64,000 nucleotides of DNA, from NCBI GenBank assembly GCA_965112155.1, contig OZ218098.1; one strand, given 5' to 3'. Source of the DNA: Podarcis liolepis. Lineage: Eukaryota. How positions within the stretch are numbered: the stretch's first letter is position 1; the number at the start of each line of letters is the position of its first letter. The translations under genes were made by a program, and so were the position numbers. Under the pieces are notes generated by a model, which did no database searches, had not been told where the DNA came from, and was given only the letters and a program-made list of their open reading frames with translations. Positions 48,904-62,275 of the stretch are shown one piece after another.

Positions 48904-49235
48904 CAGGGGTCTGCAACCTTTAAGACAAAAAGAGCCACTTGGACCCGTTTCCGAGGGGGGAAAATACTGGGAGCCTCAAAACCATTATGATATTTAAAAC
49001 AAATACATATCCGTAGCCGTGATCTGACAGCGGGCGGGAAGGTGACGTTGGGACGGTGCCTGACTAACGCACGCACTGCCCCCATGCGACGTCACAGCCA
49101 GTACAGCGCCCGTCACAGTGGGGAGTGTCGGGGTGCACAATGCGCCTCCTCCCCTCGCTAGTATCCGCCCCGGAGCCGCGGCAAAGGTGTAAAAGAGCCA
49201 CATGTGGCTCCGGAGCCGCGGGTTGCAGACCCCTG
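48904..49235. mobile_element. Young CpG-rich non-autonomous hAT (Charlie group)
   Basis: Perfect 15-bp TIR CAGGGGTCTGCAACC / GGTTGCAGACCCCTG; perfect 8-bp TSD GACTAAGC (48896-48903, 49236-49243). Confidence 0.92.
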
Positions 49236-52200
49236 GACTAAGCCCATGTCAACTGCGGAATGCACTTCGCTGACATTATCTCAACAATCATTTTACCAGC
49301 TCTTCAAGATAAGTCAGTATTACCCTCATATTGCAGGTGGGGGGCACAGCAGGACGCGAGGGATGAACTGAGGGAAGAGCGAGAAGGACATCTAGAGAAT
49401 TTATGCCTGAGCAAAAATTTGAACCAGAGGCCTAATAATTCACACTCTTTCATGACAACCCTGAGGAAGATTTTGCTACTTCAATAGTGAAACAAGCCTC
49501 ACTATTTCCAATAGTGTATATACTCCAAGGTAATCGTGCCAAAATTACACCATTAGTACTACGCTACATGAGCTCCCCATTGAGATAGTTTAACAGCTTG
49601 TGGGCTTTAGAACCACAAACACAAAGTGAAATCAGATGGAACCAAGTCTCATATGTTCAAGTTAACTTAAGCTGTTTTCCACTTGGATTGTTCTAGGATT
49701 CCAGTGTGCGGAATAGGAACCAGGATTTTCTAAATGTAAGCCAAAGACACTTTTTTGGAGAAGAAAACCAACAAAGCAGCACAATAGTAACACCCGAAGG
49801 AATTAATAACCTGTGATTTGACCTATTTATAATAATTGTCTAGGAATCGTTCTTTGGCACTGACATTGATACTGAAAAAAGCATGAGCAGCAGGGACATA
49901 TGTAAAAGATATCTAAACTCAATCATGTGTAGCTCATATGCCCCTGAGAGGTTTCTGTTGACTGTGCAGTGAGCGGGACTTCAGAGGTGATTATGGAATG
50001 AGTATGCCATGCCCACTGAAATATCTGAAGTGGAGAGCAAGGGGGTCACATATAAACAATGAAATCGGGGCTCTTTGGTCTGACTGCAAATCTGATACTG
50101 ACCATCACTGAATATTTAAGTCCAAGTAACTTTAGGCAGATGATAGAGAGCTCTGTTCTCCACCAAGAAAGCATGTAGGTGCCCCTTTTCTAGCTTATCT
50201 CAATAGACATTGATTAAACTAACTAAAATCATGTGTTATAAAAGTTTAACAGTTTCACATTACATTAATAGTAAATGTGAATCATATTAAACTTGCTTCC
50301 TATTAGATTCACTGGTGGTTTCTCCGATATTCATTGGATGTTGAGCACCAGCATGTTGTGTGACAGTAACTGATTCATTAAGAGTCTTCCATATATTAAA
50401 TCGACCCTCTGCTCATTTATTAATTGGGAAAACCTACCCCCTCCTTTTCGGTTCCAAGTATAATTTGTATTGCTCCATCAAAAATGTACAAATTATGTGC
50501 ATACACCATGGATTCATGTTAGCTTTTTCTCTAAAAGCAGCAATCCCATAGATTGAGAACCACTAATATGCCCAGGGCCTTCTATGACTTGCTATATAAA
50601 ATCTTCTTGTTACAGTTCTTTGTTGTCCCTAGGCTGCTCTCATGCAGCTTCCTTTGGGTGTGATCCCATATGTGGTATGTGTTCACGACGAAACCTTGTG
50701 CGTGGAACTGATTCCATGGTTTATTCTCACGTGACTCGCACCTTCCCTCTCTGCTGAGTAGAAAAGTCCCACATGATGTGCATCACCCATGGACATGTGG
50801 AACCATGGTTCCCAGGCCACTGAAGCTCTCTCAGAAGGAAATCACATCAAATCTTTGGACTTTGGAACACAATTATGGCATTTGGCATACTGGCTGTTAA
50901 AAGTTGCATTTCTGGTTAAAACACATAAGGAAAATTCAAGATGGGTTTGTTGCTAAAGTTAGGCAAAATTTCACATATATAACCGGGTCCTTTGTGCTTT
51001 GCATGTATCAAAAGCAGCTGACAATAACATTAAGAGCTGCACTACATCTTTTATAGCACACCAGATGTCAAAGGCAAAACTTAAAAAGATTTTAAAAAAT
51101 GCTCTCCTGAACTTTTTTTATAGCTATATAAAACTATCTCTTTGGGGTTTAGAAGTTACAGAGCAAGTGGCAAAAATGTTTTCCCCCCCCACTACACTTT
51201 TTTTTTTTTTTTACCCCTGTAATGGCTGCATTTTTAAAAGATATGTGAAAAGGAAAAAGAAAACGTTAAATGGGTGGTAGGTGGCAGAACAAAATTGCTA
51301 CACTTATATGAACGGTAAGCACAGTTTCCATAAATCCTCTCCTTCTGAGTCAGAGTATGCCTTTCAAAAGGTGCTTCAATAAAATAAAAACCCCGACCAC
51401 CCACATAAAAAGCACAGTGGCACTTGGTTTGTCGAACTTGAAAACAGGCAGCATATTCTCACAAAGTTCTGCCTTGAAGCAGATGACGACGATAGCAAAA
51501 TCAACACCCCAGCCTTCCTCTGAGGAGTTCAAGATACCATATGCAGTTGCTCATCTTCATCCTCACCAATAACCCTGTGAAGCAGGATGGGCTGAGAGAT
51601 GGTGTCCCACCTACTGGTCACTCAGTGTGTTTTTCAGCTTAGTGGCACTTTGAACTAGATTCCCTTCCAAGTCTATATATTCTCTCATAGGGGATTTTTT
51701 TCCTGTCTGATGTTTGCCGCTTGCTTTCACACCCGAGGGTGAAATTGGATTTTGCAAAAGGGTAACAATTATTAATGCTGAAACAGTTTGGGAAGCTTTG
51801 TATCGGAAACTTTTGTATCCAGTGTGGTTGACAGGCTCAGAATATGCAAACCACATATTCTTATTTTTAGACCATTTTGGTTCACCACGACTGACTGAGT
51901 TACAAATCCATGCAATGTTCAGGGAGACTAATCAGCATCTCATGAATTCATTGGGGTTGTCCATACTGGTTAATTCTGAACAAGTTGAAAAAAATTAGAA
52001 AGATCTTATGCGTGCTTCTGATATGGGAAATGTTATTCCTTACATTTTGCATGGGAAGGTATTTTTTCTATCGTCACAGAATTTACCACAACCGCGAATT
52101 CTCCATAATGTGGGGAGTTCTGTGATTTGTACAGGGGACTGATTGAAGATTTCATACCACACACACAGAGTGTCTATAATGCCAGCAATACACACCTATT

Positions 52201-52547
52201 TTCCTATTCTTGGCTGTGAGTCGTGGAAGACCTGCTCCCTGCCTTGCAAGCCTTTTCCCACCTGGCCTGGGAGGGCGGGGCCCTGACTGACTCCAGCTAC
52301 AAAAGCAGAGGCTTCTGAAGAGGCCAAAGACCATATTGGCATAGCGCAGACCCAGATCCTCAAGCCTGAGATTCCACAGCCACTGGTCACCAGGAACCAC
52401 CATTGGCAGGATTGGCAGCAACGGCAGCAACTGCAGCAACGTAGGTTCCAGGCTTATGGTAATATTTTAGTCTCTTGTGAATTATGCCATTTTTAATGTG
52501 CATTTTATATCTGACTCCCTTTAGTAATGTTTTCTTTTGAAATGTTT

Positions 52548-52549
<2 letters not shown>

Positions 52550-52597
<48 letters not shown>
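52550..52597. repeat. (AAT)n microsatellite, the expanded tail of the adjacent minus-strand L2
   Basis: Direct reading; continues at 52830-52842 beyond the MITE. Confidence 0.9.
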
Positions 52598-52598
<1 letters not shown>

Positions 52599-52829
52599 TG
52601 GTACCTCAGGTTACATATGCTTCAGGTTACATACGCTTCAGGTTACATACGCTTCAGGTTACAGACTCCGCTAACCCAGAAATAGTGCTTCAGGTTAAGA
52701 ACTTTGCTTCAGGAATAGAACAGAAATCGTGCTCCGGTGGTGCAGCGGCAGCAGGAGGCCCCATTAGCTAAAGCGGTGCTTCAGATTAAGAAAAGTTTCA
52801 GGTTAAGAACTTAACCTGAGGTACCACTG
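52598..52829 (+). mobile_element. Tigger/pogo-like MITE, CAGGTTA family
   Basis: Left TIR lacks its first CA (GTGGTACCTCAGGTTA); right TAACCTGAGGTACCACTG plus TA; tandem 16-mers CTTCAGGTTACATACG. Confidence 0.88.
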
Positions 52830-53183
52830 TAATAATAATAATTTATTATGTATACGCCGCCCATCCGGCTGGGTTTCCCCAGCCACTCTGGGCGGCTTCC
52901 AACAAAATATTAAAGTATAATAGTCTGTCAAACATTAAAAGCTTCCCTAAAGAGGGCTGCCTTCAGATGTCTTCTAAAAGTCTGGTAGTTGTTGTTCTCT
53001 TTGACATCTGGTGGGAGGGTGTTCCACAGGGAAGGCGCCGCTACCGAGAAGGCCCTCTGCCTGGTTCCCTGTAACTTGGCTTCTTGCAGTGAGGGAACCG
53101 CCAGAAGGCCCTCGGTGCTGGACCTCAGTGTCCGGGTAGAACGATGGGGGTGGAGATGCTCCTTCAGTTATACTGGACTGAAG
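52830..53183 (-). mobile_element. L2 LINE 3' end
   Basis: Minus strand encodes an RGRAFSVAAPSLWNTLP-type C-terminus; tail TTGGAAGCCGCCCAGAGTGGCTGGGGAAACCCAGCC..(ATT)n. Confidence 0.85.
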
Positions 53184-53537
53184 CGCTATATATATACACA
53201 GTATGTTGTTAAATTTACTGCGTTCTGTAGTTGACCTCCTTTGTAAGGGTTTATTTTAAAATCTTATAAGGTAATATTTTAGTTTCCTGTTAAATTATGC
53301 TGCTTTGAATGTATACTTTATATTAGTCTTTCTTCAGTAACATTTTATTCTAGATTGTTTTATTTGATGTTTTAATGTGCTTCGAGCTCTCCCCCCTAAA
53401 AATATAAAGTGGTATAGAAATGAAATGAATAATAATAATAATGCTGAACCTGTCACACTGTATAGCAGTGAGATTTTGGGTACAACCTGTATCACATTGA
53501 CATTAATGAAGGAATTCCTGTTTACTTTAATAAAAAA

Positions 53538-53610
53538 CAGCATATTTCCCATCAAGGGTCAAAGATGCCTCATTAAAAGCCATCTTTGAACCTTGATGGG
53601 GAATATGCTG
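53538..53610. other. Isolated near-perfect inverted repeat (30-bp arms, 13-nt loop)
   Basis: CAGCATATTTCCCATCAAGGGTCAAAGATG / CATCTTTGAACCTTGATGGGGAATATGCTG; 28/30 Watson-Crick pairs. Confidence 0.9.
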
Positions 53611-54556
53611 GGTTTTTTTTGGGGGGGGGAGAGAGAAACAAAGAATAATCTGTTTGTGGGTCCAAGCTGTAACAAAAAGCTTAGTTTTGGATCATGGCCT
53701 ATTCTTTCAATTTTTGAAAATATATAAAATTTAAACACAAAAGTTTGTCTTATGAAGAAAACACAAAAATATGTTTTTCAAACTTGCACTAATAATAAAA
53801 CATGTAACATGAGGACACAGCAGCAGCTAGCAATAATTTCTGAACAGCTTTTATCAGCAACATGTTACTAGAACAAGAATAAATGGCCTAAACTCAAGCT
53901 AATCTGATTAGGGAACAACTGAGCAAGGTGTTTATTTCATCTAAAATCCCAAATCCCAAGCTGTTTATTTTTAAGGCTCTGTAGTCCTCTCTACTTCTGA
54001 GACATGTATGTGTGTCCATTTTTCAGCTATGGCATCTGATCTTTTACCCTGAACAGCGTAAGGCAGTTGGATACATCTGGAAAGCAAAGATGCTTAAAGA
54101 AAGAACAGAGGTCACTAAACGAAAAATGACTCAAACAGGCCCCAAAGTACACAGAAAAAGGGGGCATATGCACACATGCCTGTGGGGACAGCTATTAAAA
54201 ATTGCCAAAATAAATAGCAACAAGGAAGCAGATAAATTATTTCGACAGAATTCCTGAAAACAAGACACGGGACTTTGTGTGATTTGTTCTATATTGAGGT
54301 CGGAAATTGGTAGCCTCCCATACATCGCTGGAGAACACACGTAATCTCTGACTACTGGCAATGCTGACAGGGCCTGGTGGGAACTACATCTGGAAAGTCA
54401 ATGGTTCCCCACCGCTGCCCTCCCCATATCAGCGCTTTGGTAGAGAAATGCCCTCTGCTGTAGTTCCAATATTACATTTTCACATTCCTTTATAGAGAGG
54501 TAGAACTTTTGGGAGGGGGAAAAAGTGAGGAGTCCTAAGGTGGCATTATAGCAGTA

Positions 54557-54796
54557 CAGTGGTACCTCGGGTTACATACACTTCAGGTTACAGACGCTTG
54601 AGGTTACAGACTCCACTAACCCAGAAATAGTACCTCGGTTAAGAACTTTGCTTCAGGATGAGAACAGAAATCACACTGCGGCGGTGCAGCAGCACAGGAG
54701 GCCCCATTAGCTAAAGTGGTGCTTCAGGTTAAGAACAGTTTCAGGTTAAGAACAGACCTCCAGCACAAATTAAGTTCTTAACCCGAGGTACCACTG
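54557..54796 (+). mobile_element. Tigger/pogo-like MITE, CAGGTTA family, intact ends
   Basis: TIR CAGTGGTACCTCGGGTTA / TAACCCGAGGTACCACTG; TA TSD. Confidence 0.92.
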
Positions 54797-55864
54797 TATA
54801 ACTGAAGAATAAGGTAAATAATACAAATTGCCATTCTATTAACCACCATTCCACATATAGGTTTCTGAATGGGCATGGTATTGGCAGGGTTTCTAAGCCT
54901 CTTCTGTGGCAAGGAGCCCAGTTTATCCACATGTACCCTTTTAAAATGTCGTTACAACACACCGCAGTGAATCAAGGCACTGTTCCCTAATTGGTTACAG
55001 GTATCATAATTTTATTCCTTTCCTCAAGTACCAATTTTGCCAGCTATTAGTTATTTATTTTTTTGGAACAGCAGCAAAGTTCTGCTGCCTGAGCTATTAC
55101 ATTTGGCACTTTTTGCATTTTCCTTAACAGGAAGCCCAAGGAATTAAAATGAAATTTCCACCTCTGTACATTTGGCATTGAGGTCCATGGTGTTTCCATT
55201 CAACCTAAATTACAAGGGCTTTGGAGAAAATCACAAAACACAACAAAGCCAAAGTTAAGTCCTGTTGATGTCAATGGGAGAGTGAAGATGTGACTCAGTC
55301 TGGAATACTATACACAATTTCCTGGGAATAAGTCCCATAATGAGTTCATCGTCTTACTTATTTTCAAAGAGACATATATCGTATTGTGTTGCCATTCACT
55401 CTCACTTAAACAGATTAAAATGCTTTACCTTTGGTTGGATCAGTTTTTAAAGTTCATTTTAGCACTGACACTTCTTTGGACTTTCTTTCTTTCAGGATGC
55501 AAACCAAACTCACCTGGGTGTAACCCACATTGAACATGGACTTACGTCTGAGTAAACACGGGCAGGATTACATTAATACTCACAATAATGCTTGTGCCCT
55601 CTTCTGTGAACATTGTGAAAACTAATAAGGTGCAATTAGTCAAATATAAAATCTTCTGGTGTATTTTAATTTATGTAAACTATAACTATTATTATAATAA
55701 TTATTAATTAAATTTTTAGTTGCTTTTTTTTGCCACGGCAATTCAAACACCCCATTATGGAAAAAGGACATAGATAATTAAAAACTAAAAGCTTGACAAA
55801 AAATGATTTATTTTTTTTGCCTGATGCCTAAATATGTAACAATGCCTAAATATGTAACAATGAC

Positions 55865-56880
55865 ATCAGGTAAACCTCCCTGGGGAGAACATTCCACAAG
55901 CAGGGAGCCACCACTGAAAAGTCCCCTTCTTATGCTGCCACCCTCTAGTCCACCCATGAAGAAGGGCCTCAGACAATACTGCAGGGTATGAGTCGGTTCA
56001 TATAAGGAGAGGAGGTCCTTTAGGTATTAGGGTCCTAAGCTGCATAAGACTTTATAAGTGAAGACCGACACTTTTAATTGGGCCCAGAAACTAATTGGTA
56101 GGCAGTGCCAGGATTAGTGAGCAACCTGGCCATGGAATTCTGACCAGCTGCAGTTTCTGAATTGTATTCAGTCTTTCTTATAATGCATTGCAGTAATCTA
56201 TCCTAGAGGTTACCAGAGCATAGACAACAAAATTTAAGCTATCCCTATCCAGATAGGGGCAAAGCTGAGTCTCCAGTGACAGCAATGGGCCCAGAAGTAT
56301 CCCTAAGCTATATACCTGCTCCCTTAGAGGCAGTGTAATCCTGTCAAGAGCAGGTAGCTTCCTATCTATTCAGTCTAGGAAGACACCCACTAACAGTGCC
56401 TTATCTGGACTGAGCTTCAGTTCACTGGCTCTCATCCAGTCCATTACTGAGGCAACATATCGGTCCAGCACATCCACTGCCACACCTGCAGATGTAAAGG
56501 AGAAACAGAGCTGTGTGTCATCAGCATATTGCAGACAAGGTACTCCCAGTCTCCGGATGATCCCACTCAATGTTTTCATCTAGATGCCGAACAACATCAA
56601 GGATAAAATTTATCCCCCACAGAACCCCACATTGAAGGCTCTGTGGGGCCAAATGACACTCCCCAAGCATCACCCTCTGAAAATGACCATCCAAGAAGGA
56701 CTGGAACCATCCACCCTCAACTCTGACAGCTGCTACAGAAGGACATCATGGTTGATGGTACGGTAAGCTGCTAGGAGAATTAACAGGGACACCCCCCCCC
56801 CCATCTCTCTCCCAACAGAGATAATCACACAGGGTGATCAAAGCAGTTTCCGTACTAACACTGGGTCTAAAACCCCTTTG
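55865..56880 (-). mobile_element. Degraded L2 LINE, reverse-transcriptase region to near the 3' end
   Basis: QYADDTQL catalytic motif and VMDWMRASELKLSPDK in ORF 56370..56579. Confidence 0.88.
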
Positions 56881-59800
56881 AACTAACTAATTGGCAATGT
56901 GTGCACCAAACAATGAGAGTTTGAAATCTACAGCATGGTCTCATTTGTTATTTTTTGCTCATAATTTTCAATATGTGAAAAGGGCACATGAAGCGCATTA
57001 GGATAGTGGTGTCTGATATCAGAGTGGTCCTAATACTGCACTGAGAGTGCCTTTACTTTAGTGCATTTTCTAGGGGGTTGGCTGTTTGGACAGGGGTGAA
57101 TGTCCCAGATAAAAGGTGTCCCAGATAAAAGTATTTTCAGGTGCCTCTCAACTTTCTGGGCAGGAGATTTGAGCAAAAAAATGTTGGGTGCACACAGAGA
57201 TATTATAGGCATCCAATCACTGCTTTCATTCCATTTTGTCATTTTCTGTTTTGTGACTTCTGAGGCCTAGCTGGAAAGTAAGAGCTGTTATCTGGCTTTT
57301 GCTCAAGTGTTTAGCAGCAGAGGAGGGGCGGGCCACTGCCACTGGTGAACAGGGCCTTGAGAACTCTCCTGACCTCCCACAGGATGGGTCTGAAATTAAT
57401 TCTTTTTAAGAACTGAAGGGATAAAGACATTTACTGCTTATACAGCTGATGGGACCGAAGAAGCTGTAGTGTTTGGGGAGTAGGGACTGCTAGTCTTGGC
57501 AAGGAACACAAATTGCAACATACGAAAAGAACACTGAATTTAAGGGTCCGTTTTCAAGAAATTTTTTCCATAGATAAGGTGCCACAGGAATGTGTCATCG
57601 TAGGCTGCACAAAAGGCAGAGATAAATCAATCTGAGTGATGGGAGATTTTGGGGGGGGGGGAGCTTGTTTTTAGGACTAAATTAGACACAGGATCTGTCT
57701 ACTTCAGTATCCTTTTTCCGACCTTGATCACCTGGTTCAGTAATGCGTAAGGGCTAGAACCAAAAAGTGTATTTTTAAAGGCCAAGTAAGCTAGAGGCAA
57801 GATATTATTTTTATTCAAGGCTGAGTTTCTGTAACCTTGAGGGGTTTTTTCCCATTCAATCATTTTTGTGGCTAAGAGGAAGCCATAGGAAGATCAAAAG
57901 TGATAAATTTTTCTCACAAAAAATATCTCAGGTTATAATTGGAAAGGACTTGTTTGGGATGTGAACTCTGAATTAGAGGTTTCAGTGCTAATACTATTTT
58001 TTATTTTTAAACCAGAGTCTTCACATCAATAACAGCGCAGAACATTTTCCAAGACATTTTGTTTAACCACCAGCAGGATTGTTTCTGGAAATATTTCTTT
58101 AAAATGAATCAATCCATTTTTTTTGCGGGACTTAGAAACCCTTTATAAAATAGTTCCAAGTAATGGTGTAATGCTCATTTAAAGGTGTGTTCAACATGGA
58201 TCTCATCTTCATATCGGATGATGGTACAGTGGGATAAACCCTCTCTCTGTGTGCACTTTTTCAGGTTTCATGTTATATTAGAAGGGATAACACAGCATAG
58301 GAACATATAAAGGTTTTTGCGAAGCATTTGACCATGCAATGCAAATGCTGAATCAGGACCCCAATTTAATCTTATCCTGAAAAAATGTTTTCACCCAGGG
58401 TAAAGTAAATCATAAAAATCCTCCTCTCAGGTCGGACCACATTTTGATACTGGATATACAGCAGTAGCTCAGTCCCATGGTTTCACACCATCTTCCAAAT
58501 GTATAGGCAAACAATAACTTTGAGCATTCTAGTCTCCAGCGGCATCTGGAAATAGAGCAAACCTGGCTCTAACTCTATCAGTTCAGATATCATACCAAAC
58601 CACAGCTGGCACAAAGCAAGATTGGAAAATCCGTTTCAAACAATGATGTCTGAATCTGGTTTCTGAACCAAGGTTTAGAGTGAAGTGTGAACTGAGTTCT
58701 CATGTAACACTAAACCTCAGTTTGTTTATGCGGTCTGTTTGTATGTTGAACCCACCATGGCCAATTAACTACGGTTTGTTTTGCAGCCAACAGAACAGAA
58801 TATGAAGCCATGGTTTGAAGCTGGCTTACAAATCTTGGCTTGCCTTAACTATGGTTCCTTATAATGCCCAAACCCACTGTTCTCTCTTAATCCTGATTTA
58901 TTTAGGCAACCTGCCCCAGATGCTCACCCTGTTAGAGAGGAGTGGGGCAAGAATGATGAGAAAACAAAACCAGCATTAGGTGAAGGGAGCTGTGCTCATA
59001 TACAAGATTGATTCTTGCCTGTTCAGCAAATCATAGCATAGTGTTATGTGCAAATGAGACTAGAATCTACCCTAGAAATTCCCAAGGCTTATTACACTTG
59101 TTAAGATTGTGTGCAAGTATCCTCTTGAGTTCATTATCTATGAACTAGTATAAAGGCATAGAGATGGGCTCTCTTTATGACTGCCTTCAACGACGGAATT
59201 CCTCTAGAGATTTCCCAAACCCCGATTTTGGGCATTTGGGGAACGTATTATTAGACCTTATCAAAAATGACGCCTTCTATAGAATGGGATTGAGCTGGTA
59301 TTGTTGTTGAGTTTTAAGATCTGTTCTATTTGCTTTACCTCATCTTACGTATGAGGTACTCCTTTTAAGGTTCTGTTACTCTGCAGATGATTTCACAGTG
59401 GTGCATGATGATAAATCAGATCAAGGAATAGATAGCCATTTTATTATGTTGCCTAGTATCTGCTCCTATTCTTGTGATTTGTTTCTCTTTTTTAAAAGGA
59501 TTATGTAACGAGAGATTTCTTTCAATCCCTGTTAAATATTCAGAGACATTTTTGCATACTTTGTACGAACGAGGCTCGCAAAGTCTTAATAGTGAGAACG
59601 TTCACATGCTGAGGAATAACCTAGTTGTCTGGATGGTACAGGCAAATCATCTCAAACTTATTTATATTAATGTGCTATGGAAATGAGAATATGGAAAGAA
59701 ATGGTCAGAATTTATGCTAAAGCCTTCTAAAGGCGTAACAGCATCCTACTAAGTATATATGTCAGCTTAATCTAATCCCCCAGCTTCCGACACATCCTGT

Positions 59801-60761
59801 GGTCTCAGCACGGTGCCTATAATGCTCTCATATGTTATGAGGGATTGCCTCAGAGAAGTTCACCATCAGGACCACACTTGGTTCAATAAAACTTTACATT
59901 TCATCTTAGGCTGACAGAAAGCTATCTTTCTCACATTTGCATCACAAACCTTTAGCTTCTCCTGACATCAATAACATTGGCTATAATACTACCACGTAAT
60001 CTGTTACAACACATGGAGAGCACATATTTTCAGCTCTCATCTTACTTTGTCAGCTGCAATGGGCCGCTCTAATTTACTTGGACTTGCCTAAATGAACATG
60101 GAAATTCTTTGTGACAAAAGAGGGGAAAATACATGCTTTTAATTAGCAGCTCATTTGAGATTTGCGGCAGAGTTTCCTTTTCCCCGCCCCTGATAACTTC
60201 AAGTTCTACTACTTAAGCAAAGCATCTTTCTTTCCCCTTCATGTGTGCATTGAAGAGAATGCAGGAATTTGCCTATGTCTTCAGAGGTGGATACAGATCA
60301 AAGAACAAGAATAGATCAAAAAATTTTTTTGTATTTCAATCTTATATCAGGAAAATCTAACTAATCTAATTAACCGTGCATCAATAACTTACTTTGAGAT
60401 ATTTTGCTGTAAGACATCAGTCACGTCTAGGTAAATATTAATGTAACATTGAAACATATACACATCTGAACCCAATTTAAGGTTTCTGTTTGGTTAAAAT
60501 GAGCACCATTGTTTCACTTGCTTCAGGTTTCTTGCTTTGTGGGACCAAAATGGCTACTAAAGCTCTGATCATTTTGTTGTTGTTGTTAACTGGTGTTTGT
60601 CTTTGTCCCAATTTCCAGCAGAGACTGTTGAAAAGCAGGGCTATAGAAAGCTTTCTTGGAATTGTTATAGACAGGATAAGGAAATAACATGCTCAAAATA
60701 CTACAAGCTCTACCTAACTTAAGAGGTAAGGCACAATATACTAAAATAAAGAAATAGCACA

Positions 60762-61062
60762 TGGAACATAGAAGTCAGCCCATTGATCCATCCAATTCAG
60801 TATTGCCTATACTAAAGCAGCTAAAATCGCACCTGAAAGATCTTGTGGACCACAATATCCATAATCCCTGACCAATGGAAGTGCTGGCTCTGGCTGATGG
60901 GAATTGTAGTCCATAGCATCTTGGCTGACTCCATACAGTGACTGGCAGCTGCTTTCCAGGCTTTCAGACAAGAATCTTTCCCATCGCTACCTGGCAATTC
61001 CAGAGATTTAACATGGGGACTTTGGCACGCAGTGTGTGCAGTTTACAACTGAGCTACATCCA
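60762..61062 (-). mobile_element. Old tRNA-derived SINE (Squam2-like) interrupted by a palindromic MITE at about 60815-60930
   Basis: Minus strand GTAGCTCAG..CCAGGTAG..GGGAAAGATTCTTGTCTGAAAGCCTGGAAAGCAGCTGCCAGTCA..CAATACTGAATTGGATGGATCAATGG. Confidence 0.55.
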
Positions 61063-61729
61063 TTGCCCAAGACAGTGAAGTTTGGTCTCAGGCATATGAC
61101 TGATTTTCTGAATATGGCATCCAATTGGTAAAGCAGAACACATTACAAAAGTCAAACCATTGCAAAGCCATCATGCAATGAAGTGGTTGTGTGAATTGGC
61201 CCCTAAACTAAGGACAAACCTAACCGAGGCTTGAAATAATGCCGAAATGAAAAATCCACCCCATTTAAGACCCAGCATGGTAAACAGCTAATCTTTTTAA
61301 TTTTATTTTCAAGCCGAATTAGCATGAAACATTTAAAGTAGAAACAGGAAAAAATAAAATCAGAAGTGTTGATGTTAAATTAACATAAAAGCAATTTACA
61401 CCATCTAAATATAAAGCAGGCAGTAAAAAGGTTTGGAAGTAATAATTAATATAAATATATAAATATCATTTAAAAATACTTAAAAAGAGGTTTTCAAGGG
61501 AATATGCAAAAAAGCTCTGACATGAAGGTTCTACCTTGATTTTCTAACCTAGGATGCTTTTTTTTTAACAGAAGATTTCTGAAAATTGTTTTAAGGTCAT
61601 GTTATAATGAATTCAAAGGCTTAATGTGAACAATTCTGACATATTCCTGGATGCGTGCCACCAATATATCAATCGCCTGAATACCTTTGGCTGTTGTGGC
61701 ACAATACATATCTATTTCTCTGTATTATC

Positions 61730-62275
61730 TGCTATAGGTGAGGTTGTGCAGATTCTAGACGTGTCTGGATGCAGTGCGAGGCCTGATTAGAACCAAAAAA
61801 ACCTGAGACTAAATTCTGACAAGATTTACAAATCTGGGAATTGGGCAGGTTACCTGCTGCCCTGAAAGAATAGGTATGTATTTTGAGAATGCTGTTAGAT
61901 CCAGAACTGTTGCAGGTGACTCGTGGCCCCTATGGCTGAGGTCACCTTCAATCAGCTCTAGCTGGTTTTCATGCTATGACCGTTGAAAGCCTGGTCATAG
62001 ATTATTGTAATGTGATCCATGCAGGGTTGCTCTTAAAGCTGGTCTGGAAGATGCAATCAGCACAAAATGCACTGGTGGGGCTGCTATATGATGCAGCCTA
62101 CCAGGAACACATTAGCACCAATTCTGAAAACTGGCTGCCAGTTTGCTGCAGACTAAGTTCAAGGTGCTCATGTTGACTTACAGAGCCATGTACAACTTGG
62201 GGCCTGGAGAACCTTCACTCATATAGACCTGCCCATGAATTAAGATCTACAGGGAGCACCATAACCATCTGAAAT
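61730..62275 (+). mobile_element. Old L2 LINE fragment
   Basis: IDYCNVIHAGLLLKLVWKMQSAQNA..WLPV, then RxxFKVLMLTY-like sequence. Confidence 0.75.
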
